Notes under the pieces: model-generated | Told to the model about the DNA's origin: nothing | Database searches by the model: none | What the model saw: only the letters and a program-made list of their open reading frames with translations | Assembly: GCF_001545095.1 (NCBI RefSeq) | Contig: NZ_CP013213.1 | Span: 2,190,001 to 2,222,000 of the forward strand | From: Erysipelothrix larvae | GTDB lineage: Bacteria > Bacillota_I > Bacilli_A > Erysipelotrichales > Erysipelotrichaceae | Length of the DNA: 32,000 bases | Reading direction: 5' to 3' | Part shown: piece by piece, positions 25,574 to 32,000 of the stretch | Numbering within the stretch: the first letter of the stretch is position 1 | How the letters are laid out: each line of letters begins with the position of its first letter | Position numbers and translations under genes: made by a program

Positions 25574-26638
25574 TTACTTGCCTCCTTTTTTTATAAATGG
25601 TAAAGTTACCGTCTTTAGTTCGATGAATTTCCCTCTGATTTCTACAAAAAGGTTTTCAACGTTTGTACCCGGGTCTAAAATTGCCATTCCGATCCCTTTT
25701 TCAAGGATGGGTGAATAGGTTCCCGATGTCACACATCCAACCCTAACCTCATCTTTATACACGTTTGCGCCTTCACGTGCAATCTGTCTGCCTTCAATTT
25801 CAAAGCCGATGAGTGTTTTTGCTGTGGATTGGGCTAATGCTTCCTGCCCTATAAATGGTTGTTTATCCAACGTCACAAACCGATTTAACCCTGCATCAAG
25901 GGGGGTGAGTGATTCTGTGAGTTCGTGTCCATAAAGTGGGAGGGCCGCTTCTAAGCGCAATGTATCGCGTGCTCCTAAGCCACAACAAACTGCACCCAAT
26001 GCCTCAAGTTTGTCCCAAACCAAAGGTGCATCATCGTTTGAAAGATAAAGTTCAAACCCATCTTCTCCGGTATAGCCTGTTCGTGAGATTAAACAAGGTA
26101 TGTTATCCTTCAGGTTAGTTTCTATAAATGTATAGAACTTCTCAGGAATTGTGTGGGTCATCGCGCGCATCAGTGCTTCACTGTGGGGACCTTGCACCGC
26201 AATCAATGCCGTCTGATCACTTTCGTCTACTAGTGTTACATCACCCCATTGATGATCAACCATCCACTTGAAATCTTTATCTTTATTGGATGCGTTCACG
26301 ACCACCAAATACTCTGTATCTGATATGCAGTATATTAAGATATCATCCAGGGCAAACCCTGCTTCATTACACACTATGCCATACTTGATTCTACCGGGTT
26401 TAATCTTTGAGATGTCTGATGTAATCAAGTGATTTAAAAATCCTTTTGCATCCATGCCACGTACACGGATTTCTCCCATATGAGAGACATCAAACAACCC
26501 CACCCCTTCTCGTACTGCTTTGTGTTCTTTAATGATTCCCAAGGGATATTGAATGGGCATTTCATATCCTGCAAAGGGTGCCATTTTCGCATTATTTCTG
26601 ACATGAACATCATACAATGGTGTTTTCTTTGCTTCCAT
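25574..26638 (-). CDS. gcvT: aminomethyltransferase (glycine cleavage T protein)
   Basis: 354-aa ORF with the motifs GLFDVSHMGE and ISRTGYTGEDGFE. Confidence 0.95.
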   Translation of the reverse strand: MEAKKTPLYDVHVRNNAKMAPFAGYEMPIQYPLGIIKEHKAVREGVGLFDVSHMGEIRVRGMDAKGFLNHLITSDISKIKPGRIKYGIVCNEAGFALDDILIYCISDTEYLVVVNASNKDKDFKWMVDHQWGDVTLVDESDQTALIAVQGPHSEALMRAMTHTIPEKFYTFIETNLKDNIPCLISRTGYTGEDGFELYLSNDDAPLVWDKLEALGAVCCGLGARDTLRLEAALPLYGHELTESLTPLDAGLNRFVTLDKQPFIGQEALAQSTAKTLIGFEIEGRQIAREGANVYKDEVRVGCVTSGTYSPILEKGIGMAILDPGTNVENLFVEIRGKFIELKTVTLPFIKKGGK

Positions 26639-26654
26639 AATTTCCTCCTGTACA

Positions 26655-26683
26655 TAAAAAGGCGCATCTAAAATGATGCGCCC
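26655..26683 (-). terminator. intrinsic terminator of the glycine riboswitch expression platform
   Basis: Minus RNA GGCGCAUC-AUUUUA-GAUGCGCC followed by UUUUUAU. Its 5' arm abuts or overlaps the P1 3' strand of aptamer 2. Confidence 0.8.
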
Positions 26684-26836
26684 TCGTCCTTTTACCTGAA
26701 AGTTTCTCCAGATGGATTGCTTCTTCGGTGTAAAAACCTCTCCGAGGTCCCCATAAAAATACCGGTCTTGGTTGCCTGTAAGTTTACGCGCCTTGCCCCT
26801 TTGGCGATGGAAAATCCATACTCTCCCGGTATTCTC
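26684..26836 (-). promoter_or_regulatory. tandem glycine riboswitch (two aptamers)
   Basis: Aptamer 1 is GGGAGAG...CGCCAAAGGGGCAA...CAGGCAACCAAGACCGG. Aptamer 2 is CUCGGAGAG...CACCGAAGAAGCAA...CUGGAGAAACUUUCAGGUAAAAGGACGAGG. It lies upstream of gcvT. Confidence 0.9.
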
Positions 26837-26846
26837 TTATACCTCA

Positions 26847-26874
26847 ATTATATCGAAGATAGCCCAAAGGTCAA
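26847..26874 (-). promoter_or_regulatory. sigma-A-type promoter of the gcv operon
   Basis: Minus strand has TTGACC (26874..26869), a 16-nt spacer and TATAAT (26852..26847). Confidence 0.55.
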
Positions 26875-26917
26875 TCGTTCAACTTGATTAATTTTTTCAC
26901 GAAGTCTAACGTTTATT

Positions 26918-29224
26918 TTATTCGCTGCGAAGGGCGATAACAGCATCCCGTTTTGAGGCCATGCGTGCAGGAATGTGTCCCCCTAAAACTGTGAGGGTTG
27001 TGCTTAGAATAATCAGATAGATTGCGTAAACCGGATTCAGTTGTGCCACATTGTTTAAGCCTGCCATTTGATAGATTAGTGCATTGACTGGAATGGTAAT
27101 CAGATAGGCAATGGTGATTCCCAACACCCCTGAGAACACTCCTAATATAAAGGTTTCTGCGTCAAATACTCGGGTAATATCTTTCTTTCGCGCACCCAAT
27201 GCTTTTAAGATACCAATTTCTTTCGTTCTTTCTAATACCGATGTGTAAGTGATAATGCTGATCATAATCAGACTGACTACAAGTGAAATTGACGCAAAGG
27301 CTATCAGAACAATGGTAATCCCATCCATGATATTACGCGTCAAGGATGTGATGGTATCCGCAAGATTTGTATAAACAATGACGTTATCTTGACTGCGTCC
27401 ACGATTGAACTCATCAATGGACTGGGAAATACGATCCGTCGCTTGGAAGTCTGTTGGATAAATCGTAATCATAAACGGTTTATTTGAACCCCCAATCAGC
27501 TGAAGTGTTTGTTCTTTCTCTTCATCCGTTAGTGGTTGTAATGTGAACACGCTGGTGTTTTTTGACATTTGTGCTGCAACGATTTGTGAATCCATTGAAT
27601 TCTCAAGGATCACTTTACTGAGTTCATCAGAGTAAACAAGCCCTGAGCTCAAGAGGTTTATCGCACTGCCTTCTTGAAGTCGCACAATACCTGAAACTCT
27701 GAGGTTTATCGCACCTTGAGCATCACTCATTGCTTCAAGATTTTGTCTTGGCACAAATGTCCCTACTGCAGTTTCTTCATAGAATGCATCATTTGGAACC
27801 CAAGTCATTTCAAGGCCAACAATGTCATCGTAATCCATCGTTTCAACATCACTTGGTAATCCCAACGATTCCAACAATGACACATCAATGCGGTTTTGGC
27901 TGTCTACTACAAGGACCATGTCTGTATAAGTTGATGGGAATGATCCCGACAACAAGTCATAGCTTCGTTCAAAGAATGATTGTGTTTCTTGATTGTGTTG
28001 AATTGGGAAAGTTGATAAGCCCCCACCTCCTACACCACCTGAAGCACTGCTTCCAAGTGATACTGTTTGATACCCATCTGTTGCCTTACGAATGACGTTT
28101 AGGTTCATCAAGTAACCATATCCAATACTTGAAACATCCGCTGGACTCATTTGACTCACAAAATCTAAAAATGCATCATCGAAGTTGTTTTGGTGAACGA
28201 TCGTCGACTCTGAAGCATCAAAGACATATAATTGATCCCCTACTTCACCATTGTTTTGATTTCCTTGTGACTCACGCAAAGCTTCTTCGCTTAAATTCAC
28301 AGCACTTTGAGAAATGATGATGGGATATTCAGACAATGCATCGGTTTGAAACGCATCAATTTGCTTTTGAAATCCAGAAGACAAACTTAAAATCACAGCG
28401 ATCCCAATAATTCCGATACTGGAAGCGAAAGATGTTAAAAAGGTTCTGCCTAATTTTGTACGAATGTTATTGAATGATAATTTGAGTGCTGTAAAGAAAC
28501 TCATTTTCGTATGTTTGAGTTTGAAGCTGAGCGAATCAGGGCTTTCATCATAAGGATTTGAGTCACTGATTATTTTTCCATCTTCAAATTCAATAATTCG
28601 ATCGGAATACGTATGCGCTAAATCTGGATTGTGGGTAACCATAATCACGAGTCGATCTTTTGCTTCATTACGGATAATATCCATAACCTCTTTAGATGTT
28701 GTGGTATCAAGTGCACCTGTTGGTTCATCACACAACAAGATTTCTGGATCATTCACAAGGGCTCTTGCAATCGCAACCCGTTGTTGTTGACCACCACTTA
28801 ATTGATTTGGTTTCTTATGAACATGATCTTTCAGTCCGACACGTTCCAATACATCCAGTGCACGTTGTTTCTTTTCTTTCCCTTTTACACCACTTAACGT
28901 CATGCCCAGTTCAACATTATCCACAATCGTTAAGTGATGAATGAGGTTATAGCTTTGAAATACAAATCCAACAGAATTATTACGATAAGCATCCCAGTCT
29001 TTATCTTTAAAATCCTTGGTTGGTTTCCCTTTTATGATGAGATTCCCTGAATCATAGCGATCCAAACCCCCAATGATGTTCAGCGCAGTGGTCTTCCCAG
29101 ACCCACTTTTCCCTAATACAGATACAAATTCTTGGTCACGAAAGGCAACAGTAATGCCATCTAAGGCAACCGTCACAATATCCCCTACTTTGTATGCTTT
29201 CTTAATATCCTTTAACCACAACAT
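26918..29224 (-). CDS. fused ABC transporter ATP-binding / FtsX-type permease protein (MacB-like)
   Basis: N-terminal ABC ATPase (GKSGSGKTT, LSGGQQQR, LLCDEPTGALD). It is followed by TM1, an extracytoplasmic domain of about 340 aa, and a C-terminal FtsX/MacB 3-TM module. I prefer the start at MLWLKDIKKAY (ATG 29224..29222), which follows an AAAGGAGA SD. Confidence 0.85.
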   Translation of the reverse strand: MLWLKDIKKAYKVGDIVTVALDGITVAFRDQEFVSVLGKSGSGKTTALNIIGGLDRYDSGNLIIKGKPTKDFKDKDWDAYRNNSVGFVFQSYNLIHHLTIVDNVELGMTLSGVKGKEKKQRALDVLERVGLKDHVHKKPNQLSGGQQQRVAIARALVNDPEILLCDEPTGALDTTTSKEVMDIIRNEAKDRLVIMVTHNPDLAHTYSDRIIEFEDGKIISDSNPYDESPDSLSFKLKHTKMSFFTALKLSFNNIRTKLGRTFLTSFASSIGIIGIAVILSLSSGFQKQIDAFQTDALSEYPIIISQSAVNLSEEALRESQGNQNNGEVGDQLYVFDASESTIVHQNNFDDAFLDFVSQMSPADVSSIGYGYLMNLNVIRKATDGYQTVSLGSSASGGVGGGGLSTFPIQHNQETQSFFERSYDLLSGSFPSTYTDMVLVVDSQNRIDVSLLESLGLPSDVETMDYDDIVGLEMTWVPNDAFYEETAVGTFVPRQNLEAMSDAQGAINLRVSGIVRLQEGSAINLLSSGLVYSDELSKVILENSMDSQIVAAQMSKNTSVFTLQPLTDEEKEQTLQLIGGSNKPFMITIYPTDFQATDRISQSIDEFNRGRSQDNVIVYTNLADTITSLTRNIMDGITIVLIAFASISLVVSLIMISIITYTSVLERTKEIGILKALGARKKDITRVFDAETFILGVFSGVLGITIAYLITIPVNALIYQMAGLNNVAQLNPVYAIYLIILSTTLTVLGGHIPARMASKRDAVIALRSE

Positions 29225-29268
29225 AAATAAGTCTCCTTTATCGGTAGAAATAGAATAGCACATTTTCT

Positions 29269-29292
29269 ATTGTATTACTACAATAATACAAT
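29269..29292. promoter_or_regulatory. perfect 9-bp inverted repeat (candidate operator or 5'-UTR hairpin)
   Basis: ATTGTATTA-CTACAA-TAATACAAT, located 45 nt upstream of the ABC start in the divergent intergenic region. Confidence 0.35.
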
Positions 29293-29374
29293 ATTATTTT
29301 TTATACAAAAGTTTCCCACTAGGATTTAGAACAATTAAATCGTATAATACTTGCATAGTTAGGATGATACCACG

Positions 29375-30172
29375 ATGAATTTTAACCTTCAAACACATGA
29401 TGGATTCCAATTATTTGGACAATACTCACCCATAGACAATGCAAAAGGAACCCTGGTTTTTAGTCATGGTTTTGTGGAATATAGTGCTCATTATTCACGC
29501 ATTGCCAAGCTTTTTAACGATCATGGATATAACCTCTTAAAATATGATATACGTGGTCATGGTCGATCATCAGCTCCTTTAGATTCTGTCACGTCTTACA
29601 CAATCTTTGCGGATGATTTGAGCGCAATGGTTCATTGGGCAAAACAACAAGCCCCTGACCTCCCTGTTTTTGTGATGGGCTTTAGTTTAGGCGGTATGAT
29701 TACAGCATTGTATTCTTTATTAAACCCTTATGAAACGCAAGGCCAAATTCTCTTAGGACCTGGTCTAAAAGGGTCTAAGAAATTCTTGAATTATACACGT
29801 GAGACACTCAGTATTCTTGATTTTTTGGACATTATGGGAACACAGGGGGATGAAGGAATTCGTCAGTTAGTCCAAATGGACTCCCCACATGTACTGAAGT
29901 CAGTACCCAGCACGTTTGCAAGACAAGCCTTCTATGCTGCTCAAGAATATATCTGGGAGAATGTTTCTTCAATCCGGATTTCTACACTGATTATTCATGG
30001 GCAAAATGATCCGATGATCAGTGTTCAAAGCAGTGAAACTTTCTATGATTCAATCGCAAGCATCGATAAAACCCTTGAAATTATTGAAGAAGGTGAACAC
30101 GACCTTCTCAGAACACGCTTTTCTGAAGGTGTGATTCGCATGATATCAATTTGGTGTGACCAACGCCTCTAG
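29375..30172 (+). CDS. alpha/beta hydrolase (lysophospholipase / monoacylglycerol-lipase-like)
   Basis: 265-aa ORF with an HGF oxyanion region, the nucleophile elbow GFSLGG, and C-terminal HGQNDP and GEHD motifs. Confidence 0.8.
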   Translation: MNFNLQTHDGFQLFGQYSPIDNAKGTLVFSHGFVEYSAHYSRIAKLFNDHGYNLLKYDIRGHGRSSAPLDSVTSYTIFADDLSAMVHWAKQQAPDLPVFVMGFSLGGMITALYSLLNPYETQGQILLGPGLKGSKKFLNYTRETLSILDFLDIMGTQGDEGIRQLVQMDSPHVLKSVPSTFARQAFYAAQEYIWENVSSIRISTLIIHGQNDPMISVQSSETFYDSIASIDKTLEIIEEGEHDLLRTRFSEGVIRMISIWCDQRL

Positions 30173-30275
30173 ATCATTGTTTTGGTTTAGTGTTTTCGAT
30201 ATATATTTATCTTATATCTTTTTACGATTCCCCCTATAATGTATAATTAATTCAAAAGGGGAGGACATTTTCAGT

Positions 30276-31559
30276 ATGAATAAACTGAGAACATTATCAA
30301 AAAAATCAAAAATAATCATCGCAGTTATTGCTGTTTTTGTATTTGGAACAATCATGGTTTTCGTTTCAGTCATGAACCAATCTAATCAACCAGAGATTAC
30401 GAATGTACCATCAAAACAAGAAGATAAAAGTCTTGAAATATCAAAGGATTCTAGTGATAAAGCATCACGGGAAGACACCTTAGGGGATAAAGAAGTCGAA
30501 GAAAGTACCGATGATGCCAAAGAGGGCACCCCTGATTCTGGATCAAAGAAAGACACACAAAATACTGAAGTAAAAGAAACTGGCACAAATTCTGAAAACA
30601 GTGCACCAAGTTCAAATTCGAATCAAAACACAAACACTAATAGCAGCTCCAAGAATAATGCAAGTAACAACAAAACAACCAACAACAAGAGTTCAAGCAA
30701 CAGTAATTCAAGCAACACTAACTCAAGCAACAGCAATTCAAACAACAGTAATTCAAGCAATAGTAATTCAAGCAATAGTAACTCAAACAACAGCAATTCA
30801 AGCAACAGTAATTCAAACAACAGTAATTCAAACAACAGTAACTCAAGCAACAGCAACTCTAGCAACAGCAATTCAAGCAACAGTAATTCGAATAATAACA
30901 CACCTTCAAATCCTAACAACAATTCAAACTCAAACACTAATACAAGTAATCAATCAAAAGATACAATCACTAAAAAAGTTGTCAAGGAGGTTGTGGAAAC
31001 ATACCCAGTCGAGGATTCTTATTCTGACGATCCGACACTTCGCCATGGGGCGATTCAATTTATTTCTTCTGGATCTGAAGGAAGCAAAACCGTTGAATAT
31101 GAGATTACCTATACAAATGGGGTTGAAACAAGTCGCAGTGTCATAAACACTCAAACAATTCCTGCTACAAATAATGAATATAAAAAAGGCACAATGCGCT
31201 CAAGTAAAACAGAAGCACAAAATACGCTTTCTTATGTTAACGCCTTAAGAACCACAGATTTGCAATGGAGTGACGAACTCTCCCGGGCTGCTTTGATCCG
31301 TGCTGAAGAAATTGCGACATCATTCTCGCATACTAGACCGGATGGAACGCTTTTTTACACAGTTAGTCAGCAAGCTCATGGAGAGAATATCCAATACGCA
31401 TCTTATGATGTTGATGCAAAAGCTGCTGTCGATACTTGGATTAACTCACCTGGCCATCTTAACAATATGAAGAATTCTTCATGGGTAAGTTATGCAGCAG
31501 CTGTCTATTACCACAATGGTAGTGTTTATTGGGTTCAACTATTTGGTGGTAATTGGTAA
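30276..31559 (+). CDS. secreted or membrane-anchored protein: signal anchor, acidic linker, Ser/Asn pentapeptide repeats, G5 domain, CAP/SCP (YkwD-like) domain
   Basis: N-terminal TM segment IIIAVIAVFVFGTIMVFVSV. G5-like segment KKVVKEVVETYPVED...GSKTVEYEITYTNGVETSRSVINTQTIPATNNEYKKGT. CAP motifs FSHTRPDG, HGENI and WINSPGHLNNM. GGGGAGGA SD. Confidence 0.8.
   Translation: MNKLRTLSKKSKIIIAVIAVFVFGTIMVFVSVMNQSNQPEITNVPSKQEDKSLEISKDSSDKASREDTLGDKEVEESTDDAKEGTPDSGSKKDTQNTEVKETGTNSENSAPSSNSNQNTNTNSSSKNNASNNKTTNNKSSSNSNSSNTNSSNSNSNNSNSSNSNSSNSNSNNSNSSNSNSNNSNSNNSNSSNSNSSNSNSSNSNSNNNTPSNPNNNSNSNTNTSNQSKDTITKKVVKEVVETYPVEDSYSDDPTLRHGAIQFISSGSEGSKTVEYEITYTNGVETSRSVINTQTIPATNNEYKKGTMRSSKTEAQNTLSYVNALRTTDLQWSDELSRAALIRAEEIATSFSHTRPDGTLFYTVSQQAHGENIQYASYDVDAKAAVDTWINSPGHLNNMKNSSWVSYAAAVYYHNGSVYWVQLFGGNW
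30693..30897 (+). repeat. in-frame 15-bp tandem repeat (about 13-14 copies), unit TCA-AGC/AAC-AAC-AGT/AGC-AAT/AAC encoding S-S/N-N-S-N
   Basis: Read directly from the sequence, for example tcaagcaacagtaat tcaagcaacactaac tcaagcaacagcaat tcaaacaacagtaat ... Confidence 0.9.
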
Positions 31560-31628
31560 TGACGTTTCTTATGACACGTTAAGTAATCCTGATCTAGGAT
31601 TACTCACAATGATATAACACTAAGGATT

Positions 31629-31653
31629 GATTCATTGAGATGAATCCTTTTTT
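31629..31653 (+). terminator. rho-independent terminator after the CAP-domain gene
   Basis: GAUUCAU-UGAG-AUGAAUC followed by CUUUUUUUC. Confidence 0.7.
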
Positions 31654-31702
31654 CATAAATCATACAGATTTTTTGAAGATATCATCCACGGCTGTTTGTG
31701 AT

Positions 31703-31742
31703 CAAAAAATGAGTCCTCTTAGTTTTACTAAAGATGACTCAT
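31703..31742 (-). terminator. rho-independent terminator after the PTS EIIA-2 domain gene
   Basis: Long imperfect hairpin ATGAGTC...GACTCAT with inner TTAGT/ACTAA pairing. On the minus strand it is followed by U6. Confidence 0.6.
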
Positions 31743-31751
31743 TTCAAAAAG

Positions 31752-32000
31752 TTACTCAACACTCAATTTATTACCATTTGCATTTTCAAAATCTTTGATA
31801 TACTGAATAATCTCATGCGGAGAAGTTGCTTCATCAATGACTTTAAAGAATCTTTGGCTGTTTATTAACTCAAGGAGTATTGACATTGCATTTAAGTGTC
31901 TTTCGTTATCCAAAACACTTAAGAAAAATATATACTTTACAGGATCATTATCTTTACTTCCAAACCTCACGGGCTGTTTTAAGGAAGTAATGCCCAAACT
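31752..32000 (-). CDS. C-terminal PTS EIIA-2 (fructose/mannitol-type) domain of a larger protein, truncated by the window end
   Basis: GITSLKQPVRFGSKDNDPVKYIFFLSVLDNERHLNAMSILLELI matches the second half of EIIA-2 domains. The frame stays open to position 32000. The protein could be an EIIA component or the C-terminus of a PRD-type regulator. Confidence 0.55.
   Translation of the reverse strand, partial: SLGITSLKQPVRFGSKDNDPVKYIFFLSVLDNERHLNAMSILLELINSQRFFKVIDEATSPHEIIQYIKDFENANGNKLSVE

Noticed and set aside
30693-30897. Could the regular short repeats be a CRISPR array?
   Set aside because: The units are 15 bp, directly abutting with no spacers, lie in frame inside a long ORF, and have no cas genes nearby.
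30601-31146. Alternative-frame ORFs across the Ser/Asn repeat: 181 aa on the plus strand, and 104 aa (poly-Leu/Glu-like) on the minus strand at 30623-30937.
   Set aside because: These are artefacts of the 15-bp tandem repeat, which lacks stops in several frames. The annotated frame is continuous with a signal anchor upstream and G5/CAP domains downstream.
31580-31610. 9-bp-stem hairpin AGTAATCCT-GATCT-AGGATTACT just after the CAP-domain gene. It shares AGGATT/AATCC strings with the true terminator about 30 nt downstream, so it might be a small RNA or tandem terminator.
   Set aside because: No U-tract or promoter context supports a separate transcript. It is most simply a 3'-UTR stabilising hairpin upstream of the real terminator at 31629-31653. 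I cannot test conservation here.
1-32000. Search for mobile elements, prophage remnants, rRNA or tRNA genes, group II introns or T-boxes.
   Set aside because: Every ORF over 100 aa is accounted for by a recognisable non-mobile gene. No transposase, integrase or recombinase-like ORF, terminal inverted repeats or tRNA-like cloverleaf-forming intergenic stretches were seen. The intergenic regions are short and are explained by promoters, leaders and terminators.

Overview
AT-rich, Bacillota-type (low-GC Gram-positive) chromosomal segment. The exact taxon cannot be determined from the sequence alone. It is gene-dense, mostly transcribed on the minus strand, and dominated by one-carbon and nucleotide housekeeping genes. 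These are folT-fhs(-tex), nrdI-nrdE-nrdF plus a redoxin, an NCS2 purine permease, purB, pyrF-pyrE and gcvT-gcvH-gcvPA-gcvPB. Other genes include a stand-alone PTS EIIA-Glc, a YihY-family membrane protein, two DNA-glycosylase-like genes (AlkD-like and YcaQ/AlkZ-like), a flotillin, a small chorismate mutase, a fused MacB-type ABC protein, an alpha/beta hydrolase and a secreted Ser/Asn-repeat G5-CAP protein. I could read five classes of cis-acting RNA regulators directly from the sequence: a THF riboswitch, a guanine-type purine riboswitch, a PyrR attenuator, a tandem glycine riboswitch and a GlcT-type RAT/terminator. No rRNA, tRNA, CRISPR array, transposase or integrase was seen. The only clearly accessory stretch is about 9.9-14.5 kb (CoA-binding protein, SDR, NUDIX, then a 929-aa gene). 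That 929-aa ORF fuses a PLD nuclease, an SF2 helicase and DUF3427, has no partner genes, and is my best candidate for an uncharacterised nucleic-acid surveillance or defence function. The rest of the window looks ordinary. All domain calls rest on motif recognition by eye, because no searches could be run.
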